A stretch of DNA of 64,000 nt from Acidobacteriota bacterium (GTDB lineage Bacteria; Acidobacteriota; UBA890; WLXD01), in assembly GCA_965248695.1 (NCBI GenBank), contig CBDFKD010000002.1:2400001-2464000 (forward strand), read 5' to 3'. The notes beneath the pieces were generated by a model. It did no database searches. It was not told the origin of the DNA and saw nothing but the letters and a program-made list of their open reading frames with translations. The stretch's first letter is position 1. Each line of letters opens with the position of its first letter. The translations under genes were made by a program, and so were the position numbers. Shown here in pieces: positions 9,973 through 19,844 of this stretch.

Positions 9973-11298
9973 ATGACGAAAACCAAGTTCGACCGGCGCG
10001 CTTTCGTGGGTTCTTCAGCGGCAGCGTTGATGCTCGGTGCTCCTAACGGCCGCGCCGTCGCGAGCGGCGCGCCGCATCGCCAGCCAACTCAGCGGTTCGA
10101 CTCCGTCGGAGTCGACGAGGTAAGTCCGGCCTTCTCGGCGGAAGAGTACGAGGATCGTCTCCGGCGCGTTCGAGAACGGATGGCGCAGGACAACATCGAC
10201 GTCCTGTGGACCATGATGCCGGAGGGCATCTGCTACCTCCACGGCATGGGTTCCCTCTGGTACCAGGCGAACTCGCCCAAAGCATGGTCCGCGGCTTCGG
10301 GCACCGCGGTTCATGTCGACCACGACAAGGTCATCCACTTCGACGACGGGTACCACAGCCACCTTCTGGAAGGGAGTCCCGCACCCCTGGAGATCGAGTA
10401 TTTCCGCGGCGGCGACCAGCTTGAGTTCATGGTCAGGCAGCTGGGATCGCGCGGTTGGCTCGGGGGCACGGTCGGCCTGGAATTCTGGAGCTACCGGCCG
10501 AATCCGGCGATCACCGCGCGTCTGCAGGAGACGTTCCGCGCGGGCGGCTGTCAGGTAGTCGACGGCAGCGACGTGCTGCGAGAGGTCAGGTTGGTCAAGT
10601 CTCCGCCGGAGATCGCCTACATCGAGGAGGCGGCGCGAATCTGCGATATCGGCCACGAGGCGATCAGGGCGACGCTCGCACCGGGAGTCACCGAGCTGGA
10701 GGTTTACGGAGAGGCCGTGCGCGCGATGTACGCCGCCGGCGGGGAGACCGCGGCGCTCATACAGGGGATCGGTGGAGGTGGAGTGCACGGGTTGCCTTCA
10801 CGGCGTCGTGTCCGAGCGGGCGAGACCCTTTGGGCGGACCTTTCTGGCGTCGTCAACCGATACCACGCCAACGCTCTCCGAAACTACATCGTTGGAGAGC
10901 CGACGGCGCAGATGATCACGGACTACGAGAAATCGGCCGGATCGTTCGACGTTCTGGAGCGAACGGCCAAGCCAGGAACGCCGCTCCGAGACGTCAATGA
11001 TGCGCTCGTCGATTACTACAAGCAGGTCGGAACGTGGGGAGCCTCAGGGTGGGCAACCGCGTACGAGCTTGGCATCAGCTTCCCACCGGATTGGGTCGGC
11101 AACTTCGTCTTCAACATCACGGACCCAGGGCCGTCGTTCAGCGGAGTGACCGCCGATCCTTCCGAGTGGTCAATCCCGGTTGGCGCCGTTACGAACTACG
11201 AGAGCATCTTCCAAGCTCCGCTGATCGACACGTTCGTTTACGAGGCTGATGGCGCACGACGACTGTCGGCGTTGCCGCTCGAGATCTTCCCGGTGTGA
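9973..11298 (+). CDS. M24 (Xaa-Pro peptidase / creatinase-like) family protein with Tat signal
   Basis: DRRAF Tat motif; FSAEEYEDRLRRVRERM creatinase N-domain; RLVKSPPEI; PGVTELEV. Confidence 0.8.
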   Translation: MTKTKFDRRAFVGSSAAALMLGAPNGRAVASGAPHRQPTQRFDSVGVDEVSPAFSAEEYEDRLRRVRERMAQDNIDVLWTMMPEGICYLHGMGSLWYQANSPKAWSAASGTAVHVDHDKVIHFDDGYHSHLLEGSPAPLEIEYFRGGDQLEFMVRQLGSRGWLGGTVGLEFWSYRPNPAITARLQETFRAGGCQVVDGSDVLREVRLVKSPPEIAYIEEAARICDIGHEAIRATLAPGVTELEVYGEAVRAMYAAGGETAALIQGIGGGGVHGLPSRRRVRAGETLWADLSGVVNRYHANALRNYIVGEPTAQMITDYEKSAGSFDVLERTAKPGTPLRDVNDALVDYYKQVGTWGASGWATAYELGISFPPDWVGNFVFNITDPGPSFSGVTADPSEWSIPVGAVTNYESIFQAPLIDTFVYEADGARRLSALPLEIFPV

Positions 11299-11326
11299 GG
11301 TTCTAGAGCGCGTGCTCAGGTTCGCA

Positions 11327-11377
11327 AGCGTGCTCTTGGTTCTAGTTGGCTCCAGTTGTTCCTCGTTGGGTCCCCGC
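11327..11377 (+). repeat. Eroded partial copy of the att-like repeat (distal TTGG block only)
   Basis: GCGTGCTCTTGGTTCTAGTTGGCTCCAGTTGTTCCTCGTTGGGTCCCCGC aligns without gaps to 52162-52211 (GCGCGCTCTTGGTTCTAGTTGGCCCCAGGTGGTGCTGGTCGGTTTCCCGC). Confidence 0.75.
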
Positions 11378-11438
11378 CTAGCATGGCCCTACGGTGCAAG
11401 GCCAACGTCTGCAACTCTGCCGGACGAGGAGGTGGACC

Positions 11439-13574
11439 ATGTCGCTGCCCAGATCAACTGTCGGCCCGCAATCTCGTAGAAGGCCCCTCGGGGCACCTGT
11501 TCCAACCTTGCGTTCCTTCCGCCGCTGCGTCACCGGGCTGGTGCTGGCCGCGTGCATGCTCGCCAGCTCGGCCACCGTGGTGCCCTCGGCAGCAGGCGAG
11601 AGGGGCCCGTACGGCGTGCGGATCGAGAAGGCGTGGATCCCGATGCCGGATGGCGTGCGGCTATCCGCCACGCTGTACATGCCGGACGGGGAAGAGCCCG
11701 GGGAGAAGTTCTCGTCGGTGTTGAACTACCACCCTTACCGCAAGGACGACCGCGACGTGTCGAGCACCGACAGCTACCTCGCCGCGCACGGCATAGTGGG
11801 AGCGGTCGTCGACATCCGCGGCACCGGCAGCAGCGAGGGCAAGGCCATCGAGCACGAGTACTCGGATCCCGAGCAGCGTGACGGGCTGGAGGTCATCGAT
11901 TGGCTGTCCAAGCAACCCTGGTCGACGGGCAACGTCGGCATGCGGGGACTGTCCTGGGCCGGCTTCAACTCCATCCACATGGCGATGCGCAAACCGACGG
12001 CGCTCAAGGCCATCATGCCGAACATGGCCAGCGACGACCTCTTCTACGACGACGTGCACTACTGGGACGGCATGGTGCACCACTCCACGTGGGAGCAAGG
12101 CTTCGACGTGAGCCTCGCCAGAGGCCGTACGCCCGACTTTCCGACCGATGAGGAGACGTTGGCGCAGCGCTTCGACTCGCCGCCGCCGACGCTCTTCTAC
12201 ATCGACAAGCAACGCGACAGTTCCTACTGGGACGGCCGCTCGCTGAACAGCGACTACAGCGCCATCGACATCCCCACGATGATGATCGGTGGCTGGTACG
12301 ACGGCTATCGCGACAGCCTCTTCCGCATGCTCGAGCACATGGACGTGCCGGTCAAAGCGATCGTCGGCCCCTGGACCCACACCACACCACGCTCCGCTAG
12401 CCCCGGCCCGAGGATCGAACACCGCCACGAGATCGTGCGCTTCTTCGATCACTGGCTCAACGGCAACGACACCGGGCTCATGGACGAGCCACCATTGTCA
12501 GTCTTCGTGCAGCACTGGTACGCGCCGCCGGGCTGGGAGCTCGACGAGGTTCCCGGGGAATGGCGTCTGGAAGAATGGCCCTTGCCGCGCGCGCAAGAGC
12601 GCGCGCTGTACCTCACGGAGTCGGGCGCGCTGGCCGACGCCGCGCCGGGGGCGGGGCACCACGAGCTCGAGTACCGGCCGTCGGTCGGCGCCGAGTACGG
12701 ATCGCGGTGGTGGGGCAACTTCACACCCGACCAGCGTGAGGTCGACGAGAAGGGGAGCCTCGTGTACGAGAGCGAGCCGCTCACCGAGGATCTCGAGATC
12801 CTCGGCAATCCCATGGCGATGCTGCACGCCTCCGCATCGGCACCGCTCGCCAACTGGTTCGGGCGGCTGTCGGACGTGGCTCCGAACGGCAGCGTGACAC
12901 TGGTCACGGGCGGCGGCATGAGCGGTGCGCGACGCGATCAGTCCGAGGAGCCGACGGCGCTCGAGCCCGGCAAGGTGTACCCGCTGGAGCTGGAGCTACA
13001 CGTGACCTCCTGGGTGTTCCCCAAGGGCCACAAGATCCGGCTGGCGATCTCCAACGCGTTCTTCCCGCTCAACTGGCCGACGCCCTACCCCATGACCACG
13101 TCGCTGTATTTCGGCGGCGATCAGGTTTCCAAGCTCGTGCTTCCCACGGTGCCCTTCGAGGCGCGCCCGAAACCGGAGTTCCTCCCGGTGCAACCGCATC
13201 CACCGTCCGGCGACATGAACTACCTGCCGGGCTCGTCGTCACGGAAGATCGACCGCAACGAGGAGGCCGGACGGACACGCATCTCAGTGCGCAGCACCAG
13301 CGCTACCGACTACCCGTGGGGAAGGCGGGCTTCGGACCAGAACCTGATCTACGACATCGACGACGATCGGCCCGAGGCGGCGGAGCTAAGCAGTGACAAC
13401 AGCATCACGTTGACCCTCGACGGCGGATCACGCGTGCTTGTGTATCGCGGCTGGATGAACTTCCAGGGCGATCTCGACAACTTCTACTATCGCTACCGGC
13501 GAACGCTGCTAGAGAACGGCATCCAGATCCGACAGAAGAGCTGGGAAAAGACCGTCCCGCGGAACTACCACTAG
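11439..13574 (+). CDS. CocE/NonD family hydrolase (peptidase S15-like)
   Basis: IPMPDGVRL, YHPYRKDD, VDIRGTGSSEG, GLSWAG nucleophile elbow, GPWTH, and a C-terminal jelly-roll domain. Confidence 0.88.
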   Translation: MSLPRSTVGPQSRRRPLGAPVPTLRSFRRCVTGLVLAACMLASSATVVPSAAGERGPYGVRIEKAWIPMPDGVRLSATLYMPDGEEPGEKFSSVLNYHPYRKDDRDVSSTDSYLAAHGIVGAVVDIRGTGSSEGKAIEHEYSDPEQRDGLEVIDWLSKQPWSTGNVGMRGLSWAGFNSIHMAMRKPTALKAIMPNMASDDLFYDDVHYWDGMVHHSTWEQGFDVSLARGRTPDFPTDEETLAQRFDSPPPTLFYIDKQRDSSYWDGRSLNSDYSAIDIPTMMIGGWYDGYRDSLFRMLEHMDVPVKAIVGPWTHTTPRSASPGPRIEHRHEIVRFFDHWLNGNDTGLMDEPPLSVFVQHWYAPPGWELDEVPGEWRLEEWPLPRAQERALYLTESGALADAAPGAGHHELEYRPSVGAEYGSRWWGNFTPDQREVDEKGSLVYESEPLTEDLEILGNPMAMLHASASAPLANWFGRLSDVAPNGSVTLVTGGGMSGARRDQSEEPTALEPGKVYPLELELHVTSWVFPKGHKIRLAISNAFFPLNWPTPYPMTTSLYFGGDQVSKLVLPTVPFEARPKPEFLPVQPHPPSGDMNYLPGSSSRKIDRNEEAGRTRISVRSTSATDYPWGRRASDQNLIYDIDDDRPEAAELSSDNSITLTLDGGSRVLVYRGWMNFQGDLDNFYYRYRRTLLENGIQIRQKSWEKTVPRNYH

Positions 13575-13753
13575 GGCTCGAGCAAGCCTCGCTGCACCGT
13601 GTCTTGTGAGCGGATCTCTCGCGGTTTGCTCCCAGCCAGCCGCGGCAGAATCGCCGCGATCATCGTTCTCGACGCGCTGGCGGTCTTCGGTGCCGCGTCG
13701 TAGGGTCGGCGCGTCCGAAGTGCAGGCATAGCACCACGAAAGGAAGAAGAGAG

Positions 13754-15199
13754 TTGGCTCCGGAACGACCGCCGGTATTGCTGCGCAAGCTCGGCGTCTT
13801 CGACTCCACCATGATGTTGATGGGAATCATCATCGGGTCGGGGATCTTCACCACCGCCGGGATCATGGCGCAGTATGTCCCGTCGGCGCCCCTTCTACTC
13901 GGTGTCTGGCTCCTGGGCGGCTTGATCACGCTCGCGGGAGCCTTCGCCTTCGCCGAGCTGGGCACGGCGATGCCGGAGGCCGGCGGCCACTACGTGTATC
14001 TGCGGGAGGCTTACGGAGCGCTGGCAGGCTTCCTCTTCGGCTGGATGGCGTTCTGGGTGTCGATGACCGGGTCGATCGCCGCGCTGGCCGTCGCGTTCGC
14101 CGAGTACTTCAGTTTCTTCTTTCCGTCCCTGGGCACCGACGTCGAATTGCTATCGGTTCCTGTGTCGATGGGGCCAGCGTCGTTCGTCTACAGTCTGTCG
14201 GCGGGTCAGATTGTCGCCGTCGTCGTTGTGCTGGTCTTGTCGGCGATCAACTGCATCGGCGTGGGACTCGGGGCCAGGATCGCGAACGCGCTCACCGTGG
14301 TGAAGATCGGCACGCTGCTGGCGCTTGCCGGCTGCGCTTTCACGGTAGGTAGCGGCCGCAGCGTCGACATGACGCTCAACCCGACCGGCATGAGCCTCTC
14401 CGAAATAGTCGTCGGCATCGGGCTGGCTATGATCGCCGCCTCCTGGGCATTCGACGGCTGGAACAACATCAACTACATCGCCGGCGAGATCAAGGACCCT
14501 GCCCGCGCCCTGCCGGTTGCCCTGGTTTTCGGCGTCTCGGCGGTCACGTTTCTGTACGTCGTCACCAACCTCGTCTACTTGTACGCGCTTCCCATCGGCG
14601 AAATGACAGGAGTGGTACGCATCGCCGAGGTCGCTGCCACCGCGTTGTTCGGCGGCCAGATGGCGACCGTGATCTCGCTGGCCGTCATGGTGTCGGTGTT
14701 CGGCGCGCTCCACGGCACGATTCTGGTGGGCCCGCGTATCTACTACGCGATGGCGCGTGACGGCCTCTTCTTCGAGGGTGTCGCGAGGGTACACGAGCGT
14801 TACCGGACCCCTATCGCCGCCATCTCGCTGCAGGCTGCATGGGCGACGCTGCTCACCCTGTCGGGCACTTTCGAACAGCTATTCACGTTCGTGATGTTCT
14901 CGCAGCTGATCTTCTGGGTGGCCACGGTCTGTTCGGTCTTCACGTTGCGTCGCAAGCGCCCAGAGTTGGCGCGTCCGTACAAGACGTTCGGCTATCCGTG
15001 GACACCCTCACTGTTCATCGTGTTGACGGTGGGGATCCTGCTGAACACGTTGTTGGAGCGGCCGGTCGAATCGATCGCCGGCCTGGCGCTGACGGCGATC
15101 GGCATTCCCGCCTACTACCACTGGAGGCGGGGCGAACCGAAGCCGCCAACGGAACCCGGCGGATCGTCGGAGACCCCGGCCGAGCGATCTGAAGCGTAG
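13754..15199 (+). CDS. APC-family amino acid permease
   Basis: IIGSGIF, AELGTAMPEAGGHYVYL, FDGWNN..YIAGEIKDP, RIYYAMARDG; about 12 TM segments. Confidence 0.92.
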   Translation: MAPERPPVLLRKLGVFDSTMMLMGIIIGSGIFTTAGIMAQYVPSAPLLLGVWLLGGLITLAGAFAFAELGTAMPEAGGHYVYLREAYGALAGFLFGWMAFWVSMTGSIAALAVAFAEYFSFFFPSLGTDVELLSVPVSMGPASFVYSLSAGQIVAVVVVLVLSAINCIGVGLGARIANALTVVKIGTLLALAGCAFTVGSGRSVDMTLNPTGMSLSEIVVGIGLAMIAASWAFDGWNNINYIAGEIKDPARALPVALVFGVSAVTFLYVVTNLVYLYALPIGEMTGVVRIAEVAATALFGGQMATVISLAVMVSVFGALHGTILVGPRIYYAMARDGLFFEGVARVHERYRTPIAAISLQAAWATLLTLSGTFEQLFTFVMFSQLIFWVATVCSVFTLRRKRPELARPYKTFGYPWTPSLFIVLTVGILLNTLLERPVESIAGLALTAIGIPAYYHWRRGEPKPPTEPGGSSETPAERSEA

Positions 15200-15208
15200 G
15201 GAGGACAC

Positions 15209-16165
15209 ATGAGCAAGAGCGTTGACGCCCGGCGCTCGGATTGGGGTCCTCACGAGACCACATTGCGTGACGACCTCGAGGCGTATTGGGACGGGCCGTG
15301 GGGCTGCGACTCCGAGTGCGGCAGGTTGACGGCCGTGCTGTTGCGACGGCCAGGTGCGGAGATCGAAGGCATCGAGGATCCGAGCGCCGTGCGTTTCAAG
15401 CAAGCGATGGATCCGGAGCGGGCGCGCGGCCAACAGGATCTGCTGGCCGCCCTCTACCTTGAACACGGGGTGGAGGTGCATTACGTCGAGCGTATGCGCC
15501 AGGACCGGCCCAACGCCATCTACATGCGGGACAACATCCTGGGCACGCCCGAGGGAGCTATCGTCGGTCGCCAGGCAATGCGCTGCCGGCGCGGCGAAGA
15601 GCGCTACGCGGCCGAGGCGTTAGCCTGCCTCGGCGTGCCGATCCTGCGCACCGTAGGGGGCGACGGAATCTTCGAGACCGCCTGCTGCCTGTGGGTCGAC
15701 GCCGGGACGGTGCTCATCGGCAGGGGCGACCGCGCCAACGAGGAGGGCTGCCGGCAAGTAAGGGAGGCGCTCCATCACATCGGCGTGGAGCACTTCTTGG
15801 AGCTGCCCGTTCCCAAGGGTTACGCCCACATCGACAGCATCATCACGCTAGTCCGCGAGGACCTGGCGGTGATCGACGAACGCTACGTCCCCGCGTCAGT
15901 TGTCTCCGCGCTCCGCTCGAAGGGCATCGCGGTGGTGGCGGCACGCGACACAGACGAGCTCGACGAGCTGGCGTTGAACGTCGTCGCGCTTGCGCCGGGC
16001 CATGTTGTGATGGCGACCGGCAACCCGCGGACCTGTGATCTCCTCGAGTCGCACGGCATCCGTGTCGAGAAGATCGACGTCTCGGAGATCCTCAAGGGGT
16101 GGGGCTCGATTCACTGCATGACTGGCGTGCTGCGCCGGGACCCGATCCTTGAGGCGTCCAGATAA
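15209..16165 (+). CDS. Amidinotransferase / dimethylarginine dimethylaminohydrolase family protein
   Basis: YMRD, FE, HID and C-terminal GSIHCMT motifs of the pentein (guanidino-modifying) superfamily. Confidence 0.82.
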   Translation: MSKSVDARRSDWGPHETTLRDDLEAYWDGPWGCDSECGRLTAVLLRRPGAEIEGIEDPSAVRFKQAMDPERARGQQDLLAALYLEHGVEVHYVERMRQDRPNAIYMRDNILGTPEGAIVGRQAMRCRRGEERYAAEALACLGVPILRTVGGDGIFETACCLWVDAGTVLIGRGDRANEEGCRQVREALHHIGVEHFLELPVPKGYAHIDSIITLVREDLAVIDERYVPASVVSALRSKGIAVVAARDTDELDELALNVVALAPGHVVMATGNPRTCDLLESHGIRVEKIDVSEILKGWGSIHCMTGVLRRDPILEASR

Positions 16166-16301
16166 CTTTGATACAGAAGTCCGGAAATGCTCAGGGAGTC
16201 AGACTGTCGGTCGATTGGCCGATCAGCAACTCGCACACCTCTTTTTTCAAGACCCGGCCTGGCGCCTCTCTACGTGATCCTGGGATCGAGCGAGGTTCTT
16301 C

Positions 16302-17987
16302 ATGACGAGAAAGCGCTGCAGTCCTTCCGTTCGATCGGGGCGCTTCGATCGCCGTACGTTCCTCTCGGCCTCGATCGGCCTGGCGGGTGCCGCCGAGCTG
16401 TGGGCGCCAGGGCTGGCGGGAATCCGGCGTTGGGGTGCCCAGGGCGCGGCTGCCGCCCCCAGCCCGATCGTCGACACGACACTCGGGCGGGTACGCGGGC
16501 GCACGGCGCGCGGGGTGCACAGCTTCAAGGGCATCCCCTACGGCGCTCCGACGGGCGGTCGGAATCGCTTCATGCCACCGCGTCCGCGCGCCCTATGGGC
16601 CGGCGTCCTGGACGCCGTCGAATACGGCGCGAGCGCGCCGCAGCGCGGCGATCTACCTGGTCGAGACAATCTAGGTGTCCCTTTCGCAGGCAACGAGGAC
16701 TGCCTCGTGCTCAACGTGTGGACTCGCGGCGTCGGCGACGGCGCCGAACGCCCGGTCATGGTGTGGCTGCACAGCGGCGGGTTCAGCTCGGGCTCCGGCT
16801 CGACGGGTTGGTGCGACGGCACCAAGCTCTGCCTCGGGGGCGACGTCGTGGTCGTGACCCTGAACCACCGGCTGAATGCTTTCGGCTCCACATACCTCGC
16901 GGAGATCGGCGGGGCAGAGCTCAGAGACTCCGGCTGTGTAGGCATGCTCGACATCGTTGCGGCGCTCGGGTGGGTGCGCGACAACATCGAGAGGTTCGGT
17001 GGCGATCCGGGCAACGTCATGGTGTTCGGGGAGTCCGGTGGGGGTCGCAAGACGTCGACGCTCCTCTGCATGCCGGCCGCCCAGGGCCTGTTCCACCGCG
17101 CCGCCATCCAGAGCGGTGCGGTTCTGCGGGTGACCGACCCCGAGGACGCGACCGTGATCGCCTCGAGTGTCATGGCCAAGCTCGGGCTTCGCCCCGGACA
17201 GATCTCGGAGCTCCAGCAGGTGCCGGCGGATCGTTTCATGGCCGTCAGTGTCGAAGCGGCCGGCGAGCATCGGCCCAGACGACCGATCGTGGGTACCGCC
17301 CCCTTCACGCCGGTGCTCGACGGGCGGTCGATTCCCAGGCATCCGTTCGATCCCGAGGCACCAGAGATCTCCGCCGACGTTCCGGTGATGGTGGGCTGGA
17401 ATCGGACCGAGGAGACGCTCTACGCTCAGGGTCCACTACGAGAGGCGGATCTCGATCGAGCCGGCCTGCAGTCGAGGGTCGAGAATCGACTCGGCGAATC
17501 GACCGCCGCGCGGCGAGTGATCGAAGCGTACAGCCGGGCTCACCCGGCGGCCTCTCCTTGGGATCTCTACATCTTCATCGCCACCGATCATCCGCGCGGC
17601 ATGTATCCGCGAGAGCTGGCGAAGCGCAAGGCCGCGCAGGGCCGCGCGCCGGCGTATCTGTATCGTTTCGACTGGGAGCTCGACGACATGATGCTGGCCC
17701 CGCATTTTCTCGAGGTCCAATTCGTCTTCAACAATCTCGATCGTGCGGAGACGAGATACTTCGACATGCAACCCACGGCGGCGGCGCTGGCACTGGCCGA
17801 ACGGATGAGCGGCGCCTGGATGTCGTTCGCGCGCTCCGGGGACCCGAACACTGGGAACCTGCCGTCCTGGCCCGGGTACTCCGACACGACCCGCGACACT
17901 ATGATCTTCGACAACGAGAGTCGGACCGAGAGCGACCCGGAGCGCGAGCTCCGACTGGTGATGGAAGAGGTGCTTGGTCTGGCGTGA
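16302..17987 (+). CDS. Carboxylesterase type B, Tat-exported
   Basis: DRRTFL Tat motif; FKGIPYG; EDCLVLNVW; WVRDNIERFGGDP; GESGG catalytic Ser motif. Confidence 0.9.
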   Translation: MTRKRCSPSVRSGRFDRRTFLSASIGLAGAAELWAPGLAGIRRWGAQGAAAAPSPIVDTTLGRVRGRTARGVHSFKGIPYGAPTGGRNRFMPPRPRALWAGVLDAVEYGASAPQRGDLPGRDNLGVPFAGNEDCLVLNVWTRGVGDGAERPVMVWLHSGGFSSGSGSTGWCDGTKLCLGGDVVVVTLNHRLNAFGSTYLAEIGGAELRDSGCVGMLDIVAALGWVRDNIERFGGDPGNVMVFGESGGGRKTSTLLCMPAAQGLFHRAAIQSGAVLRVTDPEDATVIASSVMAKLGLRPGQISELQQVPADRFMAVSVEAAGEHRPRRPIVGTAPFTPVLDGRSIPRHPFDPEAPEISADVPVMVGWNRTEETLYAQGPLREADLDRAGLQSRVENRLGESTAARRVIEAYSRAHPAASPWDLYIFIATDHPRGMYPRELAKRKAAQGRAPAYLYRFDWELDDMMLAPHFLEVQFVFNNLDRAETRYFDMQPTAAALALAERMSGAWMSFARSGDPNTGNLPSWPGYSDTTRDTMIFDNESRTESDPERELRLVMEEVLGLA

Positions 17988-18032
17988 CAACCGGTCCCGT
18001 AATCAGGGACCTGCCTGCTGGAGGCTGCCGGA

Positions 18033-19775
18033 ATGGGGTTGCGCGGCATAGTTGCGTTGATCGCCTTGGCCCAGGCGGCCATGGGAGCGGATGGCTCGCC
18101 GGCGGACATGGTTTTTGTGAATGGCGCCGTTTACACGGTTGATGCGGCGCGAAGCCGGGCGTCCGCGATGGTGGTGACCGGTGATCGGATCACCTATGTC
18201 GGCGACGATGCCACTGCGCGCGATTTCGTCGGCCCGGCGACACGTGTCGTCGACCTCGAGCGGCGCATGCTGCTGCCAGGCTTCCAGGACTCCCACGTAC
18301 ACCCCGGAATGGTTCCCAATCCGGCCGACTACGTGAGGCTCGACGGCCTGATTCGGCGCCAGGACGTACTCGAGAGGATTCGGCAGTATGCCCAGGCGCG
18401 TCCCGACAAACCCTGGATAGAGGGCGGCGGCTGGGACGAGACGGCGTTTCTTCCTAGCGGCCTGCCCACCCGGGAGATGCTCGATAGCGTGGTCCCTGAC
18501 CGACCCGCGTATCTGGTCAACAACTCCGGCCACGGCGGTTGGGCCAATTCGCTGGCGCTGGCGGCAGCGGGCATCAACGCAGATACGCCCGACCCGCCCA
18601 ACGGACGAATCGAGCGCGACGCAGACGGTCAGCCGACGGGCGCCCTGCACGAGGAGTCGGCAATGGCGCTGGTCGACGCCGTCATTGCGCCGCTGACGCC
18701 CGACGCGCGCGTGCGGAATCTGTCGGCGGCACTGGACGAAATGAGTCGACTGGGCATCACGGCGCTCGAGGACGCCATGGCCACTCCCGAGATCGCGCGC
18801 GCCTACAAGACGCTGGACGCGCGCGGCAAGCTGCACCAGCGCACCAACCTGTGTCTGCCCCACAGCCCCGACGAAGACGATGACGCCCAGATCGAGTCGT
18901 TTCTGGCCCAGCGCGACGAGCTTGCAGGTCGCCGGTTACGGGCCGGCTGTGTGAAGCTCTTTCTCGACGGCGCCTACGGGTCTCACACGGTCGTCTTGCT
19001 CGAGCCGTACAGCGACGATCCAGACACGTACGGTAAGGGTGAGCTCTTCATCGAGCAGAGCCGACTCGACCGTCTTGTCACCCGCCTGGACGCCGAGGGT
19101 TTTCGGGTACACGCGCACGCTCAAGGCGACGGCGCCGTGCGTGCCGCACTCGACGCCTTTGCCGAGGCTCGTCGGCACAACGGCTTCCGCGACAACCGGC
19201 ACACCATCGCCCACCTGTGTCTGATCGACGCCGCCGACATCCAGCGTTTCAGGACCCTCGGTGTGATCGCCAACATGACCCCACTGTGGAGCCTTGGCGA
19301 CGCCTGGGAAACGGTGTTTGCGCCACGTCTATTCGGGCCGGAGCGCAGCCAGCGCATCTTCCAGACCCGGACGCTCCTGGGCTCGGGCGTGATTGTCGCC
19401 TGGGGTTCCGACTGGGATGTCACCGGGGTTTCACCCCTCGACGGCCTCGAGACCGCGACCACCCACCGCTATCCCGGCGGCATAGATCTCGCCGGCAACG
19501 AGGACAGCGCCTGGCTTCCTGAGGAGCGGGTCAGCCTGGAGCAAGCTATCGTCGCCTACACCAGCGCCGGGGCGTATCTCATGCACGCCGACAGCACGAG
19601 AGGATCGCTCTCGGCAGGCAAGCTGGCTGACTTCGTCGTTCTGGACAGCAACCTCTTCGAAAGAGCTCCCCTGGAGATCCACACCGTGCAGGTCGACATG
19701 ACGGTCGTCGGTGGACAGTTGGTGTACACGGCGCCTGTCCCGGCTTCACCAAGCGATGCTGGCCCTTCCCGCTGA
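18033..19775 (+). CDS. Amidohydrolase 3 (YtcJ-like), secreted
   Basis: PGFQDSHVH, KLFLDG, HAHAQGD, RHTIAH, GSDW and GKLADFVVL motifs. Confidence 0.88.
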   Translation: MGLRGIVALIALAQAAMGADGSPADMVFVNGAVYTVDAARSRASAMVVTGDRITYVGDDATARDFVGPATRVVDLERRMLLPGFQDSHVHPGMVPNPADYVRLDGLIRRQDVLERIRQYAQARPDKPWIEGGGWDETAFLPSGLPTREMLDSVVPDRPAYLVNNSGHGGWANSLALAAAGINADTPDPPNGRIERDADGQPTGALHEESAMALVDAVIAPLTPDARVRNLSAALDEMSRLGITALEDAMATPEIARAYKTLDARGKLHQRTNLCLPHSPDEDDDAQIESFLAQRDELAGRRLRAGCVKLFLDGAYGSHTVVLLEPYSDDPDTYGKGELFIEQSRLDRLVTRLDAEGFRVHAHAQGDGAVRAALDAFAEARRHNGFRDNRHTIAHLCLIDAADIQRFRTLGVIANMTPLWSLGDAWETVFAPRLFGPERSQRIFQTRTLLGSGVIVAWGSDWDVTGVSPLDGLETATTHRYPGGIDLAGNEDSAWLPEERVSLEQAIVAYTSAGAYLMHADSTRGSLSAGKLADFVVLDSNLFERAPLEIHTVQVDMTVVGGQLVYTAPVPASPSDAGPSR

Positions 19776-19844
19776 CCGAGGCACGGAGAAGCGTTTCTGC
19801 GCCTCTGAACCGACGATCGTGGCGATCGCGTGGCCTTCCTCACC

